A stretch of 64,000 bases of DNA from Camelus ferus (Eukaryota): NCBI RefSeq assembly GCF_009834535.1, contig NC_045696.1, positions 6,946,001 to 7,010,000 on the forward strand, written 5' to 3'. Made by a program: the position numbers and the translations under genes. Of this stretch, positions 42,535-55,173 are shown piece by piece. Position 1 is the stretch's first letter. Each line of letters opens with the position of its first letter. The notes below the pieces were generated by a model. It was not told the origin of the DNA and made no database searches. It saw only the letters and a list, made by a program, of their open reading frames with translations.

Positions 42535-43035
42535 TACTTTTCTACTGTGGTAAAATGTCTACAATATAAATTTTACCATATCAACCATTGTATATAGTCT
42601 ACAGTTCTGTGGCATTAAGGACATTCGTACTGCTGGGCAACCATCACCATCATCCATCCACAGAACACATCATCTTCCCAAATGGAAACTCTGTGCCTTC
42701 TAACTCTCACTCCCCATCCCCTCCTCCCCCAGCCCCTGGTCACCACCATTCTACTTTCTGTGTCTATGGATCTGACTCCTCTAGGGACCTTGTATAAGTG
42801 GACTCATACAATATTTGCCCTTTTGTGACTATTTGACTTAGCACAATGTCCTCTAGATTCATCCATGTTGTAGCCTGTGTCCAAATTCCCTTCCTTTTCA
42901 AGGCTGAATATTACTCCATTGTATGTATAGACCACATTCTGCTTATCCATTCATCTGTTGATGAACACTTCAGCTGCTTCCACCTTTTGGCTATGGTAAA
43001 TACTGCTGCTGTGAACAGGAGTGTGCAAATGTCTG
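42535..43035 (-). mobile_element. Ancient L1 3' end (L1MB-like)
   Basis: gtggcattaaggacattc...gcaaccatcacc...tagattcatccatgttgtagcctgtgtc...ggctgaatattactccattgtatg. Confidence 0.85.
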
Positions 43036-43379
43036 ATTACAGGTGCTTTTCTTGCCCAGTAAGGATGGGGAAGGCTTTGGCTGACCTGTGATTATGCAGA
43101 GCCCCTTTGAAGCTCCGCCATGACACAAAGCCCAAGAGAGATGCTGCCCACATTCCCTTCCCACCTCCCTTCCTCTCCACATCACACCGACCTCTCAGGG
43201 GGAAGCTGCATCCTTTTTTCCGTACATGTCCACCCCTCCACCTTTGCTCTTGATGGCACTTTGGATTGACTTCCATTCCACAGACACCACCTTCCCCACT
43301 CCCCTCTTCTTTCTAGGGTCAACCTCTCCCCTCTGGCTTCATCTGAGCATGTAAATGTGCTCAAAATTCCCCCGGCTCA

Positions 43380-43750
43380 AGGTCCTCCACTGTTCTGGAG
43401 GTCAGAGTCTGAAATTAAGGTGTCAGCAGGGCCGCGCTCGCTCTGAAATCTCTAGGGTAGAATCCCGCCTTGGCTGTCACCTTCCAGCCTTCCCAGCTGC
43501 TCCTTGCCTGTGGCCGCATCACTCCCATCCCCGCCTCTGTCATCACAGCACCTTCTCTGCGTCTCTGTATGTCCTTTCCTGTCTCTTGGGAGAATGCTCT
43601 AATTGGATTTGAGGCGCACCCTAATCCGGTATGATCTCATCTTGATCCATATTTTACTTACATCAGCAAGTCTCTACTTTCAAATAAAGTCACATGCTGA
43701 GGTTCGGGTGGACATGAATTTGGTGGGGACACCATTCAACTCACTGCACT
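43380..43750 (-). mobile_element. MaLR LTR (MLT1B/C-like)
   Basis: gttctggaggtcagagtctgaaattaaggtgtcagcagggcc...caccctaatccggtatgatctcatc...aaataaagtcacatgctgagg. Confidence 0.8.
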
Positions 43751-44369
43751 GGTGAATCCGTCGCCAAACCCAGTGGGCGTGGTTCAGTAGCTGTACACCG
43801 CATTTGTTCTGGTTATTTAAAACAGAAATAGCTTTATGTGTCCTACTGATTTTTAGATGATAGAAATATTAAGGGAAAGTTTAGATAGAAAAAAATGAAA
43901 GAAAGCAAAAACATCCACAAACTTGCAACTCAGAGGCTGATCTACATGAAGGTTTTGGATGACATTCTTCTACACACACATATAACTGCCAGAAGGCAGT
44001 GAGTGCAGGGTAGACTGTACACTTTATTCTGCTTTTCCACTTAACGCCGTGGCATAGACAACCTGCCCGGTTGATAAACACATACCCTGTCATCCAATAA
44101 ATAGGTGCTGGGGCATGCTGCATGCCAGGTACTTTTTCCAGGGCCTGAGATCCAACAGCCAATAAAACACACATAGATCTCTGCCCTAGGGGAACTTCAT
44201 TTCTGATGAGGCAACAGACAAAAAAATGAATGTAATAAGTAACTTCTTTCATGCTGGAAGGTGAAAAGTGCTGGATAAGAAGCAAACAGTAGCACAAGGA
44301 AGAGAGATGTGAGTACCGGGCAGCAGTGAGTGCGACTAGAAGTTCATCCAATCGCAAAATACTGGGAAA

Positions 44370-45210
44370 TCATTTTTAATGACCGTGTAGTACTCCGTTG
44401 ATTATATCTGCCACAGTATGTTTAACCAGTGCTCTGTGGATATTTGAGTTGTTTCTAATTTTTTGTTATTATAAAAGAGGCTGCAATGTGCCTGGACTAC
44501 AATAGATGGACACTTGTAAAATTTTCTTGGGATAAATGTCTTAACCCAGAATTGCTCATACAAGGCATCTAATCATTTCTAAATTGTGAGACCTCCTGTC
44601 CCTCTGTCCTCCAGAAAGACTTTGCCAGTTCTCACATCTGGTAATACACTGCAAGTTCACAAGTCCACTGCCCCTCCCAGGACGTATACTCCACATAATG
44701 TATTTGTGATTTATTTTTAATGTCACCAACTTTAGAGGATAAACAATGTTATTTTGCACTGCTTTTACTTTGCCATGGTTGAACAGTCCTTCCATATGCT
44801 TTTTAGCTCTGTGTATTTCTTCTCTTATAAACTCCTTATTCATTTCTTTGATCATTTTTTTCCATGGGGGTATTTATTGCTTTTGAAAATTGGGAACATA
44901 TATGTTATGCGTTGCAAATACTTTTCATGGTTTGTCTTATTACTTTTTTTTAACAGACATTTATAATTTTTATGTTGGCAAAAATAACAGTGTTCTAAAA
45001 CAGTTTCTGGATTCCAATCATGGTTAGAAAGGCTTTCTCAACTCTGAGAATGATAAAAATACTCACATCTTCTACTCCTTCTATAGTTTTTTTTTTTTTC
45101 TGCATTTAAATCCTTAATCTATTTGGAATTTATTCTGATCTGTGGAGTAAAGAAGGGACTCATCATTTTTCTTTCGAGTGAACAGCCAGCTGTCCCCACA
45201 GCATGTGCCA
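44370..45210 (-). mobile_element. Highly decayed old L1 (L1MD/ME-like) ORF2-end fragment
   Basis: A minus-strand remnant reads EMNKEFIREEIHRAKKHME. Also tttaaatccttaatctatttggaatttatt. Confidence 0.65.
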
Positions 45211-45774
45211 AATGCCCTCTTTGTCTGTCCCCCAAGATGCCAGTCCCACCTGCCCCTTGGCTTCCTGCCTGACCCTCCCCCTTCTTTTCACATCTTTCAT
45301 CCTTTCCTCAGCACCCACTCTGGGTTCTGTACTTCCGACTTCATATTGTAATTGTTTCCAGAACCTGTCTTTCTATTCACTCCACAGTCTCCTGGGGAAG
45401 CCTGCATCCCTGCCCATAGTGACACTTCCACTCGTCTGTACTGACAACCTCCAAATCTAGAGCTCAGTCCAGGTCACTGATAAGTTTCAACACCACGCCC
45501 CTGACTTCCCACAGGAGAGCGCTCACCTGGGTGTCCACAGACACTTTAAACTGAAACAACCCAAACCACATCTGCTTCTGCCTCCTGGTCTCAACCACCC
45601 TGCCATCCCCCATTCACCTGGCCACTCCTTCCCACAGCCACTAATCTCCAAATTATGTCAGCTTTACTCCTTATTCAGCCCCACGTCCACTGCCACCCCT
45701 TCACCCTCATGGCTGCTCCCTTAATCCAGCACCCCACCATTTCTCCTTCTTACTAGCATCCTCCTAACCTGGAC

Positions 45775-45975
45775 TTCAGCAAACTATAGCCCAGTGAGTC
45801 AAATCCAGCCTACAGCCTCCTTCTGGGCTGCCCATGACCCAAAGAATAATTTTACATTTTTAAAGCATTGTTAAAAGTTAAAAAAAAAAAAAAGAGTATG
45901 CAACAGAGACCTATGTTGCCTGCAAAGTCTGAAATACTCATTATTGGCTCTTTGCTGAAGAAGCGTGTAGACCCT
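45775..45975. mobile_element. MER58-like hAT-Charlie MITE
   Basis: cagcaaactatagccc...aaatccagcc...atgcaacagagacctatgttgcctgcaaagtctgaaatact. Confidence 0.7.
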
Positions 45976-46682
45976 TACCTCTAACCCACACGCCTTTTAG
46001 TGGTCTTAGACACCCAGGCACTCTGTATGCCCATTGCTCTTCCCCCTAAAATCACCCCATGGGCTTTACTTAACGATTTTCTTAGATTCAGGTGAAGCAA
46101 CTGTCTCGGTTTCTACGTTGCCAGGTATATGGGATGGGACACCTTCAGATCAAGTCCTTGACGATTATTTAGCTCCTGGGCGCTAAATTCCATAAGTCAC
46201 ATGCCAGAAGGGTCTCAACGTTTTATTTGAAAATATCTCTTTTTTCCCCTTTCTGATGATAGAAGTCATATAAAGTCATTCTAGAAAATTTGGGGAAATC
46301 AGAATGTTTAAAAGGAGTATTAAAATCGCCCACAGCCCCCCTCTGAGAAGTTTCCTATTAACATTTTTTTTAACATTTTTTATTGATTTATAATCATTTT
46401 ACAATGTTGTGTCAAATTCCAGTGTTCAGCACAATTTTTCAGTTATTCATGGACATATACACACTCATTGTCACATTTTTTTTCTCTGTGAGTTATCATA
46501 ACATTTTGTGTATATTTCCCTGTGCTATACAGTGTAGTCTATTCTACAATTTTGAAATTCCAGTCTATCCCTTCCCACCCTCCAACCCCCTGGTAACCAC
46601 AAGTCTGTATTCTCTGTCTGTGAGTCTATTTCTGTCCTTTATTTACGCTTTGTTTTTGTTTGTTTGTTTTTGTTTTTGTTTT

Positions 46683-49600
46683 TTAGATTCCACATATGAG
46701 CGATCTCATATGGTATTTTTCTTTCTCTTTCTGGCTTACTTCACTTAGAATGACATTCTCCAGGAGCATCCATGTTGCTGCAAATGGCATTATGTTGTCG
46801 GTTTTTATGGCTGAGTAGTATTCCATTGTATAAATATACCAAATCTTCTTCATCCAGTCACCTGTTGATGGACATTTAGGCTGTTTCCATGTTTTGGCTA
46901 TTGTAAATAGTGCTGCTATGAACATTGGGGTGCAGGTGTCATCCTGAAGTAGATTTCCTTCTGGATACAAGCCCAGGAGTGGGATTCCTGGGTCATATGG
47001 TAAGTCTATTCCTAGTCTTTTGAGGAATCTCCACACTGTTTTCCACAGTGGCTGCACCAAACTGCATTCCCACCAGCAGTGTAGGAGGGTTCCCCTTTCT
47101 CCACAGCCTCTCCAGCATTTGTCATTTGTGGATTATTGAATGACGGCCATTCTGACTGGTGTGAGGTGATACCTCATTGTAGTTTTGATTTGCATTTCTC
47201 TGATAATTAGTGATATTGAGCATTTTTTCATGTGCTTTTTGATCATTTGTATGTCTTCCTTGGAGAATTGCTTGTTTAGGTCTTCTGCACATTTTTGGAT
47301 TGGGTTGTTTATTTTTTTCTTATTGAGTCATATGAGCTGCTTATATATTCTGGAGATCAAGCCTTTGTCGGTTTCACTTGCAAAAATTTTCTCCCATTCC
47401 GTAGGTTTTCTTCTTGTTTTATTTCTGGTTTCCTTTGCTGTGCAGGAGCTTGTAAGTTTCATTAGGTTCCATTTGTTTATTCTTGCTTTTATTTCTTCTA
47501 GGAGAAAAATTTTTAAATGTATGTCAGATAATGTTTTGCCTATGTTTTCCTCTAGGAGGTTTATTGTATCTTGTCTTATGTTTAAGTCTTTAATCCATTT
47601 TGAGTTGATTTTTGTATATGGTGTAAGGGAGTGTTCTAGCTTCATTGTTTTACATGCTGCTGTCCAGTTTTCCCAACACCATTTGCTGAAGAGACTGTCT
47701 TTATTCCAATGTATATTCTTGCCTCCTTTGTCAAAGATGAGTTGACCAAAAGTTTGTGGGTTCATTTCTGGGCTCTCTATTCTGTTCCATTGGTCTATAT
47801 GTCTGTTTTGGTACCAATACCATGCTGTCTTGATGACTGTAGCTCTATAGTATTGTCTGAAGTCTGGGAGAGTTATTCCTCCAGCCTCTTTCTTTCTCTT
47901 CAGTAATGCTTTGGCAATTCTAGGTCTTTGATGGTTCCATATGAATTTTATTATGATTTTTTCTAGTTCTGTGAAATATGTCCTGGGTAATTGGATAGGG
48001 ATTGCATTAAATCTGTAGAGTGCCTTGGGCAGTGTGACCATTTTAACAATATTGATTCTTCCAATACAAGAGCATGGAATATCTTTCCATTTTTTAAAGT
48101 CTTCTTTAATTTCCTTCATCAGTGGTTTATAGTTTTCTGTGTATAATTCTTTCACCTCCTTGGTTAGATTTATTCCCAGATATTTTATTACTTTGGGTGC
48201 TATTTTAAAGGGGATTGTTTCTTTACTTTCTTCTTCTGTTGATTTATCGTTAGTGTAAAGAAATGCAACTGATTTTTGAATGTTAATTTTGTAACCTGCT
48301 ACCTTGCTGAATTCTTCAATCAGCTCTAGTAGCTTTTGTGTGGACCTTTTAGGGTTTTCTATATATAGTAACATGTCATCAGCATATAATGACACTTTTA
48401 CCTCTTCTTTTCCAATTTGGATCCCTTTTATTTCTTTCTCTTGCCTGACTGCTGTGGCTAGGACTTCCAGGACTATGTTGAATAGGAGTGGTGATAGTGG
48501 GCATCCTTGTCTTGTCCCAGATTTTAGTGGGAAGCTTTTGAGTTTTTCACCGTTGAGTACTATGCTGGCTGTAGGTTTGTCATATATAGCTTTTATTATG
48601 TTGAGATAAGTTCCCTCTATACCCACTTTGGCGAGAGTTTTTATCATAAATGGGTGTTGAATTTTATCAAATGCTTTTTCTGCATCGATGGAGATGATCA
48701 TGTGGTTTTTGTCCTTTCTCTTGTTGATGTGATGTATTACATTGATTGATTTGCGTATGTTGAACCAGCCTTGTGTCCCTGGGATGAACCCCACTTGGTC
48801 ATGATGTATAATCTTTTTTATGTGTTGTTGGATTCTATTTGCTAAAATTTTGGTGAGGATTTTGGCGTCTATGTTCATCAGTGATATTGGCCTATAATTC
48901 TCTTTTTTTGTAGTGTCTTTGCCTGGTTTTGGTATCAGGGTGATGGTGGCTTCATAGAATGAGTTTGGGAGTATTCCCTCCTTTTCAATAGTCTGGAAGA
49001 GTTTGAGAAGGACTGGTATGAGTTCTTCTTTGTATGTTTGGTAGAATTCCCCGGTGAAGCCGTCCGGTCCTGGACTTTTATTTGTAGGGAGGTTTTTAAT
49101 TACTATTTCTATTTCCTTTCTAGTGATCAGATTGTTCAAGTGTTCAGATTCTTCTTGATTCAGTTTTGGTGGACAGTATGTTTCCAGAAACTTGTCAATC
49201 TCCGCTAGGTTATCCAGTTTGGTTCCATATAGTTTTTCATAATATTCTCGTATGATATTCTGCATTTCTATTTTGTTTGTTGTAATTTCTCCATTTTCCT
49301 TTCTTATTTTGCTAATTTGTGCTCTCTCTTTTTTCTTCTTTGTGAGTTTGGGCAGAGGTTTGTCGATTTTATTTACTTTTTCAAAAAACCAGCTTTTGGT
49401 TTGGTTGATTTTTTCTGTGGTCTTGTTAATCTCTATTGTATTTAATTCCTCTCTGATCTTTATTATTTCCTTCCTTCTGCTGCTTTTTGGGGCTTTTTGT
49501 TCTTCTTTTTCTAATTCATTCAGGTGGTGGGTTAAATTGTTTATTTGAGATTGTTCTTCTTTTTTGAGGAAGGCCTGTATCGCTATAAACTTCCCTCTTA

Positions 49601-50480
49601 GCACTGCCTTTGCTGTGTCCCATAGGTTTTGAGTGGTTGTGCTTTCATTATCATTTGTCTCAAGGTAGTTTTTAATTTCAGCTTTGATTTCCTCATTGAT
49701 CCATTGTTTTTTCAATAACATATTGTTTAATCTCCATGCTTTCCTTTTTTTCTCCTTTGTTTCTCTGTTGTTGATTTCCAGTTTCATGGCATTGTGGTCA
49801 GTAAAGATGCTTGAGATAATTTCTATCTTCTTAAAATTGTTGAGGTTTCTTTTGTGCCCAAGTACATGATCGATCCTGGAAAATGTTCCATGTGCACTTG
49901 AAAAGAATGTATATCCTATTTTTGGGGGGTGTAATGCTCTGAAAATATCCACCAAATCTAGTTTTTCTATTGTAGTGTTTAATTTCTCTGTTGCCTTGTT
50001 TATTTTCTGTCTGGAAGATCTGTCTAGTGATGTTAATGCAGTGTTAAAATCTCCAACTATGATTGTATTCCCATCAATATCCCCCTTTATCTCTGTTAGT
50101 AATTCTTGTATGTACTTAGGTGCTCCTATATTGGGTGCATATATATTAACGAGTGTAATATCCTCATCTTGTATCACTCCTTTAATCATTATAAAATGTC
50201 CTTCTTTATCTTTCTTTATGGCCTTTGTTTTAAAGTCTATTTTGTCTGAAATCAGTACTGCAACACCTGCTTTTTTGGCTTTTCCATTTGCGTGGAATAT
50301 CCTTTTCCATCCTTTCACTCTCAATCTATATGTGTCCTTCTCCCTAAAGTGGGTCTCTTGTATGCAGCATATTGAAGGTTCTTGCTTTATTATCCAGTCT
50401 GCCACTCTGTGTCTTTTGACTGGAGCATTTAGTCCATTAACATTTACAGTAATTAATGATAGATGTGTATTTATTGCCAT
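46683..50480 (-). pseudogene. L1 ORF2 (APE endonuclease, reverse transcriptase, CCHC domain); 1265 codons in one frame with two premature stops
   Basis: The 1050-aa ORF has EN motifs (NVNGLN, IQETH, GDFN, TDH) and RT motifs (QGCPLSP, YADD). After TGA at 47330-47328 the same frame continues [28 protein letters not shown]...MAVIQ, then TAA (47135-47133), then [31 protein letters not shown], joining the 46683..47060 ORF in frame. Confidence 0.95.
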
Positions 50481-50884
50481 TTTGAACTTATCTTTGCAGT
50501 TGAATTGGTATATCCTCTTTGTTCCTTTCTTCTTCCTTTTGTGGTTTGGTAATTTTCCTTTGTATTATCATGGATTTTATCTAATTTTTGTGACTCCTTT
50601 GTAAATTTTTGGCTTGTGGTTACCCTTTTTTGTAAATCTATCAACCCATTACTATAACTGTTTTTATTAAACTGATAGTAACATGATCTCAAACACATCC
50701 TACTGTTAAAAAAATTTAAAAAAGAAAGAAAAAAATATTCTATATTTCCCTGCCTCCCTCTCCCACTCTCAGTGATTTGTATGTCTTCTTTTATAATTTC
50801 ATGTTTACTTTATTTGTAATTCATGAGTTATCACCTTTCCAGTTGTGTGTTTCTCATTTCTGTAGCATCCTGCTGCTTTTCTAT

Positions 50885-51796
50885 TTAGAATAGCCCTTTC
50901 AATATTTCTTTTAGCATGGGTTTAGTGTTGCTAAACTCCTGCAGCTTTTTTTTCTTTTTTTGTCTGTGAAACTCTTTATTTCTCCTTCTATCCTCAAGGA
51001 TAGCCTTGCTGGATAAAGGATCCTAGGCTGCATCTTTTTTTCATTCAGGGCTTTGAATATATCTTGCCACTCCCTTCTGGCCTGTAGTGTTTGTGTAGAG
51101 AAATCAGCTGAGAGCCTTATGGGGGTTCCCTTGTAACTTACTCTTTGCTTTTCTCTTGCTGCCTTTAGAATCATTTCTTTATCCTTGACTCTGGCCATCT
51201 TGATTATGATATGTCTTGGTGTGGGTCTATTTGGGTTCTTCCTGTTTGGGACCCTCTGAGCTTCCTGTACTTGGATATCTGATTCCTTCTTTAAGTTTGG
51301 GAAGTTTTCAGTCATGATTTCTTCAAAAACCTTTTCAATCCCCTTTGATCTTTCTTCTCCTTCTGGGACCCCTATTATGCGAAGATTGGGACAGCTTTAT
51401 ATTATCCCATAGGCCCCTTATGCTATTTTCATTATTTTTTATTTGCTTCTCTTGTAGTTCTTCTGAATGGGTGCTTTCTATTGCCCTGTCTTCTAGATCA
51501 CTAATTCGTTCCTCTGCATTATCTAGTCGGCTTTGCACAGCTATTAGATCATTCCTCATCTCTGTCAATGAGTTTACCCATTCTACTTGGCTCTTCTTTA
51601 TAGCTTCAATTTCATTTTTGACATATTTTATATCTCTAAACACTATCTCTTTTAATTCCTTCAGCAATTCGATCACTCCTTTTTTGAAATCTTGATCTAG
51701 TAGGCTATCGATGTCTATTTCGTTGATCTTTCTTTCAGGGGATTTCTCTTGTATTTTTAATTGGGAAAGGTTTTTCTGCTTCTTCATCTTGCTCAT
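50885..51796 (-). pseudogene. L1 ORF1 (coiled coil, RRM, CTD) with two frameshifts
   Basis: MSKMKKQK...RGLWDNIK is followed by a +1 base near 51393 (aagc[t]gtcccaatcttcgcataataggg; removing it restores KRPNLRIIGVPEGEE). The second piece has ENFPNL, AAREKQ, QARREW and YPARLS. An A-tract expansion near 50945-50962 shifts the frame before KLQEFSNTKPMLKEILKGLF* (TAA 50887-50885). Confidence 0.92.
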
Positions 51797-53386
51797 ACCT
51801 CTTTGGCACTGTGGTTTATGGAGTATCAGTTGTTTATTTTGGTCCTTAAGGATTTTATCTATCTGATGCCTATTTAGGAATAGAACTTAGGAAAAAAAAA
51901 AATAAGAGAGACAGAAAGAATTTTAAAAGAAGGGAGAAAGAGGGTTTGAAAACAGTGTATAATGAATAATATAAGAGTGAGTTGAAGCAGAGTATTAATC
52001 GGGTTGAGACGTCCTTTTAAAACCTTTACAAAAAAAGGGGGGGGAGATGAATAGATAAAAACAGATTTAAAAAAGGGGGGGGGTTGCGGGGTTTGTCGGT
52101 GTTCTCCTGGAGTCTGTGTGCTTTTAATGTGAAGTCTTTCTGTCTTCCTCCTGTTTTGGAAGCTCAGCTTGCTCTTTTCAGAGGCCCTCCATTGGCGCCC
52201 TCTTCTGTGCTGCTCCCAGCACCTGTCGGCAAGCAGATCGCGCCTCCTCCTAACTCTGGGTCAGGTGTAGCTCTCCTCTGCTGTGGGCGGGCGGGTCGCT
52301 GCCCCTCCGGATGCCGCAGTCAGATGTTGCAGACTGGCCAGGTAGGAGGGCGGGTCGTGCCCCCTCCCAGCACCTCGGTCAGGGGCTGTGTTCCTGCCCG
52401 AAAGGCGGGGGGTGCCGCTCTCCCTCTACCTGCGCGCCGCCGGTAGTTCCGCACTCTGTGTGGCTGCGCGCTCCGCCCTGGTCGGCGCTCTGCAGGTGGG
52501 CTCGGGGAAGACCGAGGGACAGCCCTGTCCCTGCTCCGAGCCAAAACCCAGCTCCTTGTTTGTCTTTGTGGAGCAAGTTCTCTGAGGGACCAGGATGGAA
52601 GGATCCTGTCTGCCCCGGGCTGCAGGCCAGTCTCAGTCTGGCCTTTGAGGCTGCTAAGCCCTTCGGTGCGGATGCAGGTTTCGCCCCCGCCCCCGCCTGG
52701 GTGCTCAGCGCGGAGGATATGGCGGCTGTGCCTGAGCCCTGCCTCTCTTTCCCCCGAAAACTTTCCGCGGGTTTTCAGAGACGGGGGTGTGCACCCTTCC
52801 CCCGAGAGCACATCAACCTTGCTGTTTTATGGAGGGCCCAGGTTGTTCTGCCTTGTGCACCCACAGCCACGGCGCGCAGCCCCTTGCGTTCCCCCAGGGC
52901 TGCCTCCGTGCAGCCACTTCCATCCTCCGCCCGCTTGTGCAGCCTGGCCCTGCCCGTGGCTGCCGGCCCGCGTCTCAGGCTGGGTGTCGGGGGGACGCTC
53001 TGTGCCCGTTTAACTTAGTTCTGTTAGTCAAGGGCTGCTCTGTACAGATCCGAGCCTCGGGGGATCCCCCTCCGTCCCGCTGGCCTCCCAGTTGGAGAGG
53101 GGAGACCCAGCGAGCGAGCGCCAGTCCTCCTTTGCCTCTCCCTCCCGGCGGGGACCCGTCCCGCGCTGCTTTGCCTTTTGTTCTTTCTTTTTTCCTTTTC
53201 TCCTACCAGATTTTTGGCGTCTTTATCTTTTGAAGAGGGCGATGTTCTGTCGGAGTTCCGCAGGTGCTCTGGTTGGCTGAGTGGGTCTGTAGATGTGGGT
53301 CTTGGTGTAGATGTGGGTCTTGGTGTATTTGTGGGAGAGGGGGACCTGCGAGCATCCTTCTACTCTGCCATCTTCTCCCGGAAACC
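51797..53386 (-). promoter_or_regulatory. L1 5'UTR / internal promoter, CpG-island-like over ~52190-53380
   Basis: High GC with many intact CpGs. A YY1-type AAGATGGC lies near the 5' end (gccatctt on + at 53367-53374). There is an 18-bp tandem duplication gtagatgtgggtcttggt x2 at 53289-53324. Confidence 0.85.
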
Positions 53387-54800
53387 CCTATTAACATTTC
53401 TGTGTGTTTCCTTCCACTTTTTGATTCTGAACGTGAGCTTGAGATCCATCCTGTTTTTCTGTTGGGTTTTCCCCAAAAATACTAAAAATTCCGGACATGC
53501 TCTTCCCCCACCCCCAGAATTCGCATATAATCTGAAATGTAGAATGTCCCATCAGCGGAACATCCATGCCAGCCTGGGTCACCACGGCAGCCTTTCCTCC
53601 ACGAACGGTGCCCAAGAAATTCTACGGGCTGCTGGGATCAGGTCCTTCCAGCTTGTAGCTCAGTCACGCGTTCTTTCTTTCAGGTGAATGTTTCAGCACC
53701 AGGCTATTTTGCACCTTAGCTAGTTTTATGTAAGTTGATCGTCTTCCTGAAAGAGAGAGAGAGAGAAAGAACAAAAGGCGGGGGGTGGAGGGACTGGATT
53801 TTTCCTGCAGACCCACATTTACTCTAAACCAAAATACAGGAAAATAACTCAAGTCAAGTAAATCATCAAGCTCCCTGGTGCCGCTCGTCCCGTCCTTTTG
53901 CATGCTGTACAGCACTTCACAGTTAGCAGCTATTCCCTCCACATTATCTCTGGTCAAGCCACGTGCACGAGGCTGAAGGACCAGGGCGCGGGTTCTGACT
54001 TGGAGTCCGAAGTGCATGCGCATGGCTGGGGGCCCAGGGCGAGCTCTGGACAGGTGCTGGGGGCCCTAGGTGGGGGAGAAGGGGTTTGCGTCCTGGGCCG
54101 TGCAGGAACGCGGGGAGGAACGCCTGCTTTCCCCACTGCAGCTGCCTCTGGCCCCGCTGAGCAGCTCCAGTGCTCTGGCAAATGCAGTTCACATCACCCC
54201 CTCAAATTCACACCTGGGATTCCAAGAAAGAAAGAAATGTTAAGAGCTCTCATTAACACCCCTTCTGTAGCTCCCTGCGAGCCTTTGCTTTCGTGCCCAT
54301 GGGTGCTGAGGCAGCTCTCAGCTCAGGCCTGGAATGGCCCTCTCTGGTCCAGGGCTCCCTGCGCGCTCTGGACAAGGCCTGGAGGCTGGGCCCCCACCCT
54401 TCCGCCCACTCCACGCCACCCTCCTCCTCGCTGGCTTCGCCTCTCCTGCCCCTTGCAACTCCTACCTCAGTTCCGCCTGCTCTCCAGGGCCTCTCTCATT
54501 TCCATGGATTCGGGGTTTCTCAGCTCTGTGCCAGTTCCCCACCAGCCGCTACAGAGTGAAAGGTCCACTTTGCGCCAAACCGGCACCCACTGCGCCACTT
54601 GAAGGGGCGCCCCTGAGGCCACCTTTCCCCCACACTCTCCCCCACACTCTCCCCCACACTCTCAGGGAGATTTGGCTCTGTTTGCTTTCATTTCTGTTTG
54701 TTTTTTAAAAAGGCACTGAAGTAGCATATGCCTTGACTTTTTTTCCCCCAACACAAAACACAGGCATTTGATTAACGACATGCTAGTTCATTATAGACAC

Positions 54801-55173
54801 TGTTAAAAAACCAAATTCAAGGGAGTACATTTGAAGATCAAACTGGCTTTATTCAACGATTCATGAATCAAGCAGCTTCCCATCTAGCAAGCAGACAGGA
54901 GAGGAGCTGTACAAAATGGAAGGATTTTAAAGGCCTAAAGCGGATGGGACAGAAGTCATAGCCAAGAAAGGACTGTTCAGGCTGGATCAGCAAGACAGGG
55001 GTCTCTGGGGTAGATTACCTCACCAGTGGCCAGGAAATTCCAGACTGACTGGTTCAAGGTCACATTCCTGGGAGAGACTGAAAGTGTAATTAGAATAAGT
55101 ACTCAGTCTGGGTTGGCAAACAGAGAGCTTAGCACAAGGGACTCCATCTTGGGACCCTTACTTCTTTTTAACA
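54801..55173 (-). mobile_element. ERV1-type solo LTR
   Basis: Perfect terminal inverted repeats tgttaaaaa / tttttaaca. A minus-strand AATAAA (ctttatt) lies near 54848 and actccatcttg near the other end. No clean TSD is visible. Confidence 0.65.

Larger units (their letters stand above)
46367..53386 (-). mobile_element. Full-length (~7.02 kb) young LINE-1, antisense to KCNJ6
   Basis: 5'UTR, ORF1, spacer, ORF2, 3'UTR and a short A-tail are all present on the minus strand. The element is flanked by the identical 13-bp direct repeat cctattaacattt (46354-46366 and 53387-53399). The minus-strand 5' end reads GGTTTCCGGGAGAAGATGGC. Confidence 0.97.

Noticed and set aside
47185..50604. Plus-strand hydrophobic ORFs (186 aa, 209 aa and others)
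   Set aside because: They are antisense shadows of the A-rich L1 ORF2, a common artefact.
53692..53712. REST/NRSE site (TTCAGCACC)
   Set aside because: Only the left half-site is present, with no GGACAG right half. Similar partial matches near 1705 and 27059 also fail.
53898..54708. 234-aa and 124-aa ORFs downstream of the L1
   Set aside because: GC-rich, low-complexity intronic DNA with no recognisable domain or splice structure. The longer ORF has a non-ATG start.
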